Below are positions 25,530 through 37,779 of a stretch of DNA of 64,000 nt, piece after piece. The DNA is from Chiloscyllium plagiosum (taxonomy: Eukaryota), in contig NC_057719.1 in NCBI RefSeq assembly GCF_004010195.1, positions 84,923,012 to 84,987,011 on the forward strand, in the 5' to 3' direction. Under the pieces are notes generated by a model. The model saw only the letters and a program-made list of their open reading frames with translations, made no database searches and was not told where the DNA came from. The first letter of the stretch is position 1. Every line of letters starts with the position of its first letter. Position numbers and translations under genes: made by a program.

Positions 25530-25842
25530 CCTCAAGCATACACGCATCCACCAAGCAATGAACAGGTACCACCTCATTCTGCTAACTCCATTCCCCCCCC
25601 CAACATCCTCCAGTGAATGAAACATCAGAAATTTGCTGGCAAGGACTCAGCAGGTCCTGCACCAACCCTCAAGACAACTCGAGGGTTAACTTTTCGGGTT
25701 GAGTGGCCCTTCCTCACAACAGGATGAACAGCACCAGGATGTCGCGTTCTGTGCCGTCCTTCCTCTGTATTCTCGGGATCGGCCGGGAGGGTGTTGTATT
25801 TTAGTTCAGTTGTATTTTACAAAACTATATTTCTTCAAATAT

Positions 25843-26149
25843 GATGTGTTGAACTGGGTGGACAAAGTTAAAAATCACACACCAGGTTATAGTCCAAAAG
25901 TTTTCTTTGGAACTCTATGCTTTTGGAAGCACAAGCTGCTCCTTCGTCAGGTAGCTAGTGGGGCAGGATCATAGGACATAGAATTTATAGTAAATGATCA
26001 AAGTATTGAATGGTTTAATACATCACATCAATTGTATGAGACCTGATCCTGCCCCACTAGCTACCTGATGAAGGAGCTGATCTCTGAAAACATGTACTTC
26101 CAAATAAACCTGTTGAACTATAACCTGATGTTGTTTGATTTTTAACTTT
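25843..26149. mobile_element. Fold-back Penelope-type repeat (second family) in the probable CYP 3' UTR
   Basis: Inverted arms aaagttaaaaatca...ctagtggggcaggatc and gatcctgccccactag...tgatttttaacttt; flanking direct repeat tttcttcaaata. Confidence 0.7.
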
Positions 26150-26635
26150 TTTCTTCAAATAGACATTCAAAACTGTTGCTTAAGCATGCAAGCTGGACTG
26201 CACTGAGATTTGAACTGTGATCAAGCTCTGCTGGAAAGGACAACATCTTTTACAATTACAAAAGCTTCCTGCTTGGTGTGAATATTCAAAAGCTTTGAGA
26301 AACTCCAGTGATTTTTTAAAATTTATGTTCCATCTGTCTGAGTTGTGAGACTGACGATAGCGAACAAGTGTAGATGTATTGGGGACCTCTGTGTTGGCTA
26401 ATGTTTTAATTTGCATTCACACTGGATGAAGAGTCTTCTCTGAACTTCATGCTAAATTTTTAAGCAGTCTCTTGGTGATCCCACTGCACTGTCATTGATA
26501 CCCTATGAAAAAAAAGTTTTGTCTTAGACATTTCACCGAGTGCCACTGGTAGTTAATGGCCAGTAAGAAGAACTCCCAGTTTGTAGAGTAGCGAAATGAG
26601 GAATCCAGTTCTGCCTGTATGCTTCTAACCTGTAA

Positions 26636-26678
26636 TGTGGTGTGGGGTGGTGTGGTGTGGGGTGGGGTGGGGGGGGTG
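26636..26678. repeat. (GTGGT/GTGGG)n G-rich pentamer tract
   Basis: Directly visible. Confidence 0.85.
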
Positions 26679-28311
26679 TCACTCTGGCCAACACAGCAAT
26701 CTAGAATCAGATAAAACCAAACTACAGCTATCAGCACCACAGCTTGTTAACATATATACACATTATATACTACAATAGAAATATGGAAGTTGAAGTATAT
26801 TCAGAAAAAATAGAAAGCTCGGTGCACAATGAAGAGACAATCTTTTTGATGCTAAACTTTTATTATAATACAATTCTGAAAGTAGACTGCACTTCAAAAT
26901 TGAGCCTGTTTTGCTCATCTATATTTTACTATTGTGACAGACATGTTGTGCGTTCCTGGCTTTTTCTGGTGTTGACACATATATAAATGTAGGCGCAGAC
27001 ACAATCTCCATTGCTGTGATGTGCCTGACTCCCATTGAATGCTGTGAAGTCAATGTAACTCAAAATTAACTCATGATTAAGATGTGAAGTTGAGGAAGGT
27101 GTCATTAGATTGTGTATTAATCTTTCTTTTCCACCAGCAAACCTGGTTAATTCGAAGTTTGCCTCATGCAATCTGTATTTAGTTTCAGTGTCTGTTTAAA
27201 TACTGTAACAGATTGATGATACACACTATGTATGCGTTTCATATAACTGTCACTGTACATGACTACTGCTGTAAATTATTCTGCTAATTCATGCATATAC
27301 TGTGGATGCTAATAACACAATTTCTGTCACAATCCTAGAAGTGTCTCTTTGTGTGTTTGCTTATCGTGAAAGGGTTTTTGTAGCAAATAGTGAGGCTTTC
27401 AAATCTTTTATGTCATTGGTAAAGATCAGTAACTTTCCCTCGTAAATTTGTTGGGTCCTCAAATTGGTAGATTATTGGATCCGAGCACAGTCCTCACTGT
27501 GTTCCTGAATCGTTCGATTCCTGCTCAATTGGCCCATCCCAATTCAGTGATAGTGTTGGTGTGACTATTAGCTTGCGGAAATTGGTCAGAATTTCTGACT
27601 TCAGTTCCTATGCCTTGCTCTCTGCTCGTTTATGTTAATTTGTTGTGAGAACTGAATTTAAGTCTGCTGTGTCCAAATTGTCAGACAAGCCCCCTTCCCC
27701 ATTTTCAACGTTTGTATGTGACGAGTAACTCGTTCTTGCGGTGATACTGACCCAATCTCTGGGCTAGAAGCTCTAGTTTCAAGTCCCACTTCAGGGCTTG
27801 GCGCCAATGGAAAGTGTGTCATATACGGCCGAACAAGTTGATTGTCGATGCGTAAGTCATCCAGGTTCCCCGGTCAGTCAGAACATACTGCATTATTACA
27901 GCTTCTCCTCCGCACCCGTGTTGGGTTCCACATGCGAGTTATTGTCGTCAGAAAGTGTCAGCGTGAGGAACTGCCACCCTGTACAGATAAGGTGGAAAAG
28001 GCCCCGTGGAACAGTGTCTCTGAAACAGCCAGTGTTTCTGTACAGCAGGGGAGAAAGCCAAGGTGGAACTGTCAGCCCCAGTAGTTATTTGTTGTCATTG
28101 CAAATGTGACGCGGTATGTCTGTAGGTGCGATCTCCTTACGTGCCACCTTCTTAGCAAGCATCAAACTGAACGGAAGCAGCCGCTCAACAGCCACTAAGT
28201 GCACCTGTGTTTTCCTCCTTGAGTTGTCCAGGCTAATCCCACTCACCTTTGATTGCACCTGCTTCATTTTGAGTGTGGAGCACTTCCAAAACATTTGCCA
28301 AAATTCCTTAC

Positions 28312-28431
28312 CCTCACCGCCGCCAAACGCACGCACATCCTCTTTAATCCTTTCTGTGAGTAACGCGTGGACTAGCGGAAGCAATCTGTCCTCATTTACC
28401 AGATCGTTTAGCTCTTCAAGATGTGGAAGGC
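28312..28431 (-). CDS. Candidate exon (LPHLEELNDLVNEDRLLPLVHALLTERIKEDVRAFGGGE)
   Basis: Acceptor ttattcttcccag and donor G|gtaagg (alternative AAG|gtgagt ending at 28247); open in phase 1-1; amphipathic helical-looking peptide. Confidence 0.35.
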
Positions 28432-31400
28432 CTGGGAAGAATAACCGTAGCCTTTACCATGTCGAGAAAATCTAGCATTGTCAAACATCCCTTCACGTCA
28501 TCAATCCCTGGAGAGAACTGGCCTGCACGTTCTCGACAGCTTTAACGCTGTATAAAGTTGCAAACGGAGACTGACCAAACTTTTGCGTAAATACTATAAT
28601 AACACTTCTGAAGAAACGTTAGCTGTTTTCTTCCCACAGATGCAGCCAGGCCTGCTGAGTTTCTCTAGCAATTTATATTTTTGTATCTATAATTACTCCT
28701 TTCCGTTGCCCTATTACGGAACAGCCTTTTGTGGTTTTTTTTGGCTTCTCCTTTTATGAAAATTCACACGTAAAAGTGAACTTCCTTTCCTTTATCTTAT
28801 CAGTTATGTTTATTTTTGAATCCAGAAGTGCTCTTATACAACCAAACGGTTGTTGTCTACCACCAAATCATCCGTAGTGTATTTTATTTCATCAGTTAAT
28901 TACCACTAATAAATCTCCAATGTTTTCCAATTAATTACTTTAAGCGCTAGGCCCGTTGAGTACATGAGTTTGCTAATAGTTCATAACTTCTCGTCTTCGG
29001 TTACTTTCGCAATTTACTGTAATCTCAATTTGTCACCTGCAAATTTCCTGGTACGGTATTCGAGTTCCAACATGTGGAATATTCAGATATAGATACATTT
29101 CATTTAATTGATATATCAACATTTCAGATCTGCAACTACTGATTCTGACAGCGACATTATTCTCAGGGGACGTGTAAAATTTCTGCAGTGCCTGTTCTTT
29201 GTTCCAGTCACGACACAATTCAGTGGAGGATTTGAGTTATTGCTGTGCGAATCTCTCTCAGACAGCAAGTTAACTTGACTTCAGACGTTTGAACTTCCCT
29301 TGGGAAGCAGTAAATTACTGCGGGATTCGAAACTAAATTGATGCGGAGTCTTTTGGGAGAGGTTAGCTCTGAGAGTTCATGATGTTGCTCTTTATCGTAA
29401 CATTGAATACACGTTAAGCACATCGCCACTCGGGTGTTAAGGTATCGGGTTCCCCATCCAAAGACTAGTCAAAAACTTGCGAAACCAACGCTCAGAATGA
29501 AAGGAACCAGAACTATCCATTTACTAAAAGCTATCAGAAGGAGGTAGGAAGCCGTAATTCAACCTTTCAGTTGTCAATCACAGCTGTTTTCCATGTCCAT
29601 CTACCCCACAGTACCTGTCCAGCTAGCAGTATTCCTGAACGCTTACTGTATACTGTCCCATTCAATGTCTTAGTGAAGCATGTGCAGCGAGATAACAGTT
29701 TATCTATTTTGGAAGTCGAAAGACACGTCAGTGAATTGTACAACGATGCAGCTCCCACGAGTCTCATTCTCCTGTCGCTCATTGCTTTTCCCTCTTTTTA
29801 ATGGAATTTGCTTTTGGAATTTGCGATAGAATTCGCTACCTCAACATCTTTTCAGTGTGTTCCGTATCATATCTTGCTGCGTTTTGGATAAGTTCTTGTC
29901 TTAGCTCTTGGTTCCTTTGTTAAAGTGTGTTGACCCCTCCCCAACCCCGGTTACTAACTGCCCCCGGGAGAACGTACTCTTTTCAAAACCTCTCACCATC
30001 TCAACAGCGGACAGACTGGATATAGGTAATTCTCGTCTGATTTTCTGCTTGGATGACACAGTGAGCGACTGATCAGATACCAGACTCTAACTACTGGCGG
30101 AAAAAAAAACTGAATTTACAGCGTCCGCGGTTCTTTCAGTTTTTATTTAGTTATCAGCCTGAGCCAGTCTAACTCCGTATGGAGGGACACAATGAACTTG
30201 GAACACCGGCTTGCCCAATGCATTCACCCCACACTACACCAGCAGACTAGCAAACATTTTCCTAAAGAGTTAACTGCAGGGTGGGCGGAAACAGGGCTAA
30301 ATGTTGATGTCGGAATACAGTCTGCAAAACTGCTGCCAACATCAACAAAATTACAAAATGAGTTTAGATGGAACGGTTTTATTAAAAACCTAATGAACCT
30401 TCCGATTGATCAGGTTGTTTACAAGTTCAGTTTTGCTCCATTCTTAACTACATCCTGGGGTGTAATTCCGATTGCACTGGCTGTAGGTTTTTTGGTACCT
30501 CCTCATTGAACATTCCGGGTAGTAACATTGATTTTTTATAACTTTTTATAGTTTTGACCTTTTAGTGTATGAAAAACTGTTCAACTTTGAAGGACAACTT
30601 CTTCATCTGATAGTCACACTTTTAAAGCGCGCTATTAGCGCCTTTTGTTTGCAGAGCGATTGTAAAACAAATACGAACACAAAATCACATTACGAGGACA
30701 TTTGATGAGGTGAGCAAAAGCTTGAGGGAAGAGATGGGGTTGTAAGGAATATGTTAAAAGAGCTAAGAATTCAATTCATCTCCCTCCATGGCGGGAGCTC
30801 CAGGGGCGAAAGTCCAACACATGAATAGCAAGTATCTTATTTCCGACATCGTTATTGCAAGATAGAGCCACGCCCGGAAAGTTTAAGAAGCAGTTTAAAT
30901 GGAGCAGCGCTGATGTGAAAGGTTGTGCTTTTCAATCTGAAAGTAGTAGGGTGGGAAAGATGTTTTGCAACGCACGTTGTGGACAGCAGAGGGCGGCAGT
31001 GGCCCGAAAGACAGACAAGGAGGCGACATCTATGGGCAGAAAGCAGGATGAAAGTTCGTGATGAAGAGTCACCGGACTCGAAACGTTACCTTCCGCTTTC
31101 TCTCCACAGATGCCTGCAGACCTGCTGAGTTTCTCCAGCAATTCCTGTTTGTGTAGGGTGCTACAAACCTTCACAAATCCTGTTAGTGTTTCAGACCTCC
31201 AGAATCCGCAATTCTTTGTTTTATAATGCTGATGAAGGTGAGAGATCAGGGGAGAGGGGAGGAGATTCAAAGCTACAATTATGAGATCTTGCGCGGGTGA
31301 AGACGAAAACAACTCGGGAGCAAAATAAATAAAAATACAGCTGTCCTTGTTTAACTCCCACCTAGGCTCTGAAACGACCCTGTAGTGCACGAGGCAGACG

Positions 31401-31504
31401 TTTTGAAGACACCATATGCCTCATGAAACAGTTGGATCTCCATTAATCGAGGCTCTCACTATCCGTTGCCCCGTTATCACTGGGATCGTGACCTTAGGTT
31501 CCTC

Positions 31505-31781
31505 ACAGTGTGGAAACAGGCCCTTCGGCCCAACAAGTCCACACCGACCCTCCGAAGAGCAACCCACCCAGACCCATTCCCCTACATTTATCCCTTCACC
31601 TAACACTATGGGCAATTTAGCATGGCCAATTCACCTAACCTGCACATCTTTGGATTGTGGGAGGAAACCCACGCTGACGACATGCAAACTGAAAACACAG
31701 ATAGTTGCCCGAGGCGGGAATTGAACCCGGATCTCTGGCGCTATGAGGCAGCAGTGCTAACCACTGCGCCACCATGTCACC
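31505..31781 (-). mobile_element. HE1-type (V-SINE) elasmobranch SINE
   Basis: Minus-strand tRNA head (ggtggcgcagtggttagcactgctgcctca...gggttcaattcc), V-domain remnant and a CR1-like 3' tail (gggccgaagggcctgtttcc). Confidence 0.85.
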
Positions 31782-31935
31782 CGTTCCTGTTTAAACAAAG
31801 ATTCTCACAACCAAATCCCTTACTAAATATGGGCTTTTAACACTAGACCCTCATGAAATAGAATCATCACTAGATCCTCATTAAAATGGGAGCCACTGGT
31901 ACAGTGGGAAAGCCACTTGATTACTAATCTAAGGA

Positions 31936-32552
31936 TTAGTTCCCTCCGTGACTACCTGGTCAGGTCCATGCCCCCCTACGACCCACCCTCCCATCCTGGC
32001 ACTTTCCCCTGCCACCGCAGGAACTGTAAAACCTGTGCCCACACCTCCTCCCTCACCTCCATCCAAGGCCCTAAAGGAGCCTTCCACATCCGCGGGCGAG
32101 GACGGAGAGACAAACAGAGACAGCTGGGACCGGGGTGAGAGAGGACAGCCCGTGCTGACTGGGTCCGTTTTCGGTCGGTAATCACCCACTTCCCAAAACG
32201 TCGATTTTCCTGCTCCGGATGCTGCCTGAACTGCTGTGCTTTTCCAGCACCACTCTAATCTAGACTATGGTTTCCAGCATCTGCAAGGTAAAAAGAGGTA
32301 AAAACGAGGTAAAATCTCAGGGAGTCTCTCTCTCACTGCAACTCCCAGGTCATTTCTACTCTCTCCCCACCCCCACCCTCCTCTAGCTTATCTCTCCATG
32401 CTTCAGGCTCTCTGCCTTTATTCCTGATGAAGGGCTTTTGCCCGAAATGTCGATTTTGCCTGTCCTTGGATGCTGCCTGAATTGCTGTGTTCTTCCAGCA
32501 CCACTAATCCAGAATCTGGTTTCCAGCATCTGCAGTCATTGTTTTTACCTCC
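31936..32552 (+). mobile_element. Penelope-like element fragment with tandem terminal repeats and 15-bp TSD
   Basis: TTACTAATCTAAGGA at 31921-31935 and 32553-32567; ORF remnant GTFPCHRRNCKTC. Confidence 0.85.
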
Positions 32553-32569
32553 TTACTAATCTAAGGAGG

Positions 32570-35500
32570 CCGAGGTAATGTTCTTGGAAATTTGGCTGCA
32601 AAGCTCACCATAGCAGATGGTAATATGAGTCTGGAAATAAAAGTGTAACGTTGGCTATGAATCAGTTGTCTTCATTAATCCCCCCTTATGGGAGGAAAAT
32701 GTATTGCTTGTCCTTTGTATGACTCCAGACCCCCAGCAATGTGGATTCCTAACTGTTCTCTGAAATAGCCTGGCAGCAAAATACTGCAGGTGCTGGAAAT
32801 CTGAAATAAAAACAGGAAGTGCTGGACATACTCAGGATGTCTGGCAGCATCTATAGAGTGGAAAACAATTAATGTTTTGAGTTCGATATGACTTCTTCAG
32901 AACTTAGAGTCAAAACTTTAACTCATTCTCTCTCAACTGATTTGTTGAGTTTCTTCATGTTTTTTGTTTTTATTTATAGTATGCTACTTAGATGTGTGAA
33001 GCTTAAAAAGAATGAAACTGGATGGATGACTTGGCATCAACCTTGGCACCAGAAATGACAGCAGCAAACTCAGCCCTGTCAACCCTGTACACCTTAAGGT
33101 TAGTGCCAAACTTGGGAGAACTGTCTCACAGACAAATAACAGCCTGACATAGTCATATTCACAGAATCATACAGAATAGATGTCACATGTCCCAGAACAA
33201 CCTTCCACAGTCCTGTATGTCCTTTCAACTCAGCAGAGGTGGTGGCATTATGGTACACAGGCAGAAGGGAGTTGCCCTGGGAGTGCTCACTATTGATTCT
33301 GGACCATAATGTCTCATGATATCAGCTTAAATATAGACTTGAAACCTATAGCTGATCACAGTCCCACTCAGCTGATGAATATGTGCTCCTCCATGTTGAA
33401 CATAACTTGGCCGCTGCACAGGGGATGGAGTACAGAATGTATTCTGGGTGGGGAATTTCAGTGTCATCACTAGGTGCAGTTCAGCAGCACCACTACTGAC
33501 CAAGTTGGTTGACTCCTGAGGACATTACTGATAGAATGGACCTGTAGGCAGTAGTGAGGGAATAAACATCTGTCATTCTCACAAATCTACCTGTTGCAGA
33601 TGCATCTCCTACATTATCAGTAGAAATGACAGCCACACCTCTTGTTGAGACAAAATCTAGAATGAAAATTAGAATGAAAAGCATCTTCAATAACCTGTGG
33701 GCGCTGGAGATCTGGAACAAAAATAGAAATTGCTGGCAAACTCAGCAGGTCTGGCAGCATCTGTGGGAAAACAAAGGAGAGTTAATGTTTCAAGTCTCCC
33801 GTTACTCTTCATCAGAACTGATGATCAGAACATGCTCAACTGTTAATCCAGAGACCCAAGTAACATACTGGGGACCGGGGTCTGGATCTCACCATGGCAG
33901 ATGGTGGAACTTAAATTCTGTTCAAAATTAAGAGTCTAATAATGACCATAAGTTGATTGTTGGAAAAAACCCATCTGGTTCACTAATATCTTTTGGGAAG
34001 GAAATTGCCACCCTTACTTAGTCTGGCTCACATGTGACTCCAGCCACACAGCAACAAGATTGGCTCTTATCTGTCTTCTGGGCAATAAATGCTGATTGAG
34101 TCCTGTGAATGAATAAAAAAAATTCTCATCTCAGTGTTGGGGAACGCCAGCATGTCAGTGCAAGAGATAAGGCTGAAGAAATTGCAATAGTCCTCAGCCA
34201 GAAGTGCCCATCTTGCCCTCCTCCAGAGGTCCCCACCATCACAGATGCAAATTTCCAGCCAATTTAATTCAGTCCATGTAATACCAAGAAACAGTTGGAA
34301 GCATTTGATATAGTTAAGGCTATGGGCCTCTGACAACATGACCATTGGCAATAGCACTATAAACCTTTGCTCCAGAAATAGTTGCACCCTTAAGCAAACC
34401 TGGGAATCTCCATTTTTGGAAGTTTTGCCTAGCATAAAGGAAGATGATTGTTGTTGTTGGGGGTCAGTCATCTCAGCTCCAGGACATCTGGTTCAACCTG
34501 TTCTGTGATGCTAATACTGTACACACATTCTGGACCAGGTGGAGATGTTCAGAGGTAAGGGCGCTACCACTACACCACAAGTTCCTCAGCACAGCGCTCT
34601 CAGCCCAATCATCTTCAGCTCTGTAATCAGTTAGCTTCCCTCTACCACAGTCAGAATTGGGAATGCTTACTGGTGACTGCACAATGTTTGGCACCAACTG
34701 TGATTCCTCAGATATTGAAACAATCTATCTCCAAATGCAGCCTCAACAACTAACCAACTGACAAGCAGCAAGTAACTGACCAAGGAGTCCAGGACCAGGT
34801 GGCAAAGTTTAAAGATACAGGTTCACTTAGGACCAAAATGAGGAGCAGTTCCTTCAGCCAGACAGTGGGGAACCTGTGGAATTCACTGCCGCAGAAAGCA
34901 GTTGAGGCCAAAACATTAAATGGTTTCAAGAAGGAGTTATAGTTCTTAGGGCTAATGGGGTCAAATGGTATGGGGAGAGAGCAACCACAGGGTAGAGTTG
35001 GATGAATAACCATGATCATAGTGAATAGCAGAACAGGCTTGAAGGGTTGAATGGCCTATTGTTGTTCCTATTTCCATGTTTGCGCCACACACAAGTGACA
35101 GGCAGTGACCAGTTCCAGTAAGTTTGAACCTAACCATTGCCCCATGACATTCCAAATGTATTACCATTGTAGAATCCACCATTATCAATGTCCCTGGGGG
35201 AGCTGTTGTGGTGTGCAGTGATGGTGGAATCCTGCAGTCAGTAGTCATCTGCTGTCCATCATCAACAGGGCACAGGTCCTGAGTATGATGGAATATTTCC
35301 CACTTGTCTGGATGAGTGAAGCTCCAACAACACTCAGGAAGCTTCACATCATCCAGCACAAAGCAGCCCACTTGATTGGCATCACATCCACAAACATTCA
35401 GTCACTTCACCACCATTCAGTAGCAGCAGTGTTACCCATCCACAAGAAGCACTACAGGATTTCACCAAGGCTCCCGAGATAGCACATTCCAAACCTACAA

Positions 35501-35790
35501 CCACCATCTACAAGGACAAACCGAGCACACCATCACCCGCAAGTTTACCTGCAAGTTCCCCTCTAAACCAGTCACCATTTTGGTTTTGGTTTCCTTCAGT
35601 GTCTCTGGGTCTAAATCCTGGAACACACACTGTCCTCACCACCTTTACCATCAGCGCTTTGGAATGTGTCTACACCAAATGGACTGAAGCAGTTCAAGAT
35701 GACAATTCACCTTCTTTTCAAGGTGAATAGGAGCAATAAATGCTGATACTGCCAGCAATGGCCACATCCCATAAACAAATAAATAAAAAG
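32570..35790 (+). mobile_element. Nested cluster of degraded CR1/L2-like LINE pieces and short repeats
   Basis: Similar to 52960-55330 (MEYFPLVWMSEAPTTLRKL...); a CR1 3' piece is inserted at about 34790-35080. Confidence 0.65.
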
Positions 35791-36063
35791 ACAGCTTACA
35801 CTAGGTCCCCTTTAAAACGAGTGTCATCATCAAGAACCCATTTAAAATGGGCTCTCATCACCAATATCTCATTAAACTCAGGCTCTTGCCATCAGATCCT
35901 GCAATGAATGCAGGATCAATACAGGATCCCATTAAACAGTGGCTCTCTCTTTTGTTTGTTGGGTAGTGGTATGGTTAGAAACTGTCAGTTTGTATGGAAT
36001 AGATCTGAAGAATTTCTTTTAAAAAATGGTGATTTTGCGGAGGAGATGAGGAACTAAAATTAC

Positions 36064-37585
36064 TTGGTCAGAGAGTATAAAAATTCTATTAAGATGAACA
36101 ATGAGTAATCCACTGAAGAGAATTAAACTGATCTAGCTATGTTCCACATTCCCTAATGTTAGATATTGCTATGACTGTCTTCGTGATTTTGATCTGGTGA
36201 AGGGAAATTAATGGACACTGGGCCCTTAAAGTGTGCTGGATCTTCATGTACTCTCCCATTAAACTACATCTCAGCCCAAGTGCCAGTCAGTGTTCTCAGG
36301 ACAGAGAAGATTGAAATCCTGAACCATACAAACAAAAAGAAAAAGCTTTGCTTTCATTTTTGGTTCAACTCCACATTCATGCCATAAAAGAGAAGCTCAC
36401 AAAACCTCACTAAATCCACCAGCATGGCCAGTTCCTCTCCCATGTTATGGAGCAGATCATACACTCTCAAAATATTTTAAGAAGGTAGCCCAGACCTTAA
36501 CTTTTTATTATTTTTAAAGGTAGATATGAAGTACTACTTCCAGATGCAATACGACCAAACTACTCAACATTAAGCAAAACACAATTTATTTAAACACTAC
36601 AGTTAAAATACAAACAAAATAAAGGAATCTAAAACAACAATTGTTGGAAAACTTAACCGAATAATAGATACAGTACCCATTACTAATTAACCGTTCTAAC
36701 ATAGTAACATTCCATCATCACATCACTTGGCAAAAAAGGTAAATTCACGCACAGATTCTTCCATGCAGTTTTCCAATCCAGGATGAAGGAACATCAAGAG
36801 AAGGTTTAAGAGAATAGCAGCTCGGAATCATTCACTGAAGCGTCCAACTCTTTTGAGACCTCATAGGCTTCTGCTGCTGAAAGCTAAAACCAAAAACTAG
36901 GAGGCCACACCTGTGCTGCCTCCGACTGTTCCAGCTTTTAAAAAAAACTCACGTATTGTTTACTTAATTCGTCTTCAGTAGCTAGTTCAGCACCTCTGCC
37001 TTACAATCTCTCTTTAAAAAAGGACAAAATAACCTTTTAAAGTGACAGCATCATCACACCCTAAGGAAGAGCACTGGGTCAAAAGTGATATAGATGTGCG
37101 TACATTTTTAATAGGTGGTTCTTTTAGCAAGATCTAGTTCGGTGAGTTACAGGTGAAAATGTAGATGCTGAGGGGACGGTGAGGTTTCTTGAATGACAAA
37201 ATCTGGAAAGAAGAACAAACATGAGAGCAATGCAGACAGCATATGCCACACTGTACTGACTGTCCTGCAGAAACATTCCTATTAAGGTAAAATCTGCACC
37301 ATTAATCAGGATTGAGAGCTGCTCCACTGCTTGTAGTATAAATATATAAAGAATAATAAATAAAGAAACAGAAGTGCTTTTCCTTTTAATTACTGATTCA
37401 TTGCACCGATTGTGATCACGGTTCAGTTACAATTTGCAGGTCTAGGAACAATGGTTTATTTTAGAATCAGTTTTTGAAACTGGCTTTCAAAGTACATTCA
37501 GTGTTGCTGAATGTAATTGCACTATTCCAGTACCTTGTTTGTTTAACACCAAATCTCCATATATTAATTTCGGAAGGGGAATACA
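36064..37585 (-). CDS. Candidate exon cluster 37585-37534, 37202-37151, 36318-36268, 36112-36064 (C2-like C-terminal half)
   Basis: Four strong polypyrimidine-AG acceptors; phases 0-1, 1-2, 2-2, 2-0 give stop-free CIPLPKLIYGDLVLNKQDFVIQETSPSPQHLHFHLISIFSVLRTLTGTWAEIGLLIVHLNRIFILSDQ. Two donors are weak. Confidence 0.3.
36443..37058 (-). mobile_element. LTR-like repeat
   Basis: Starts TGTTATG and ends CATCACA; resembles other LTR-like blocks in reverse orientation; TSD unclear. Confidence 0.4.
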
Positions 37586-37779
37586 CTGCACAAAGAGAAC
37601 ACAGAACATCAGATATGCCATGTCTTCTAGTCTCTGAAGAGAACTCAAGATTTGCATTGGATATGTTTTGAATGGCTGCAAGAGGAACAGGCCACATCTG
37701 TGGGTTACTCCAGCAAACTGAACATTGTGTAGGGTTTAAATTCCATTGTTAGTGTTTCTGAACAACAGGATAAAAGTCA

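Noticed and set aside
23330..25561. 743-aa plus-strand ORF and antisense ORFs of 113-464 aa over the CYP
   Set aside because: Explained by extreme GC codon bias and by read-through of the N gap; low-complexity Ala/Arg/Pro/Gly products.
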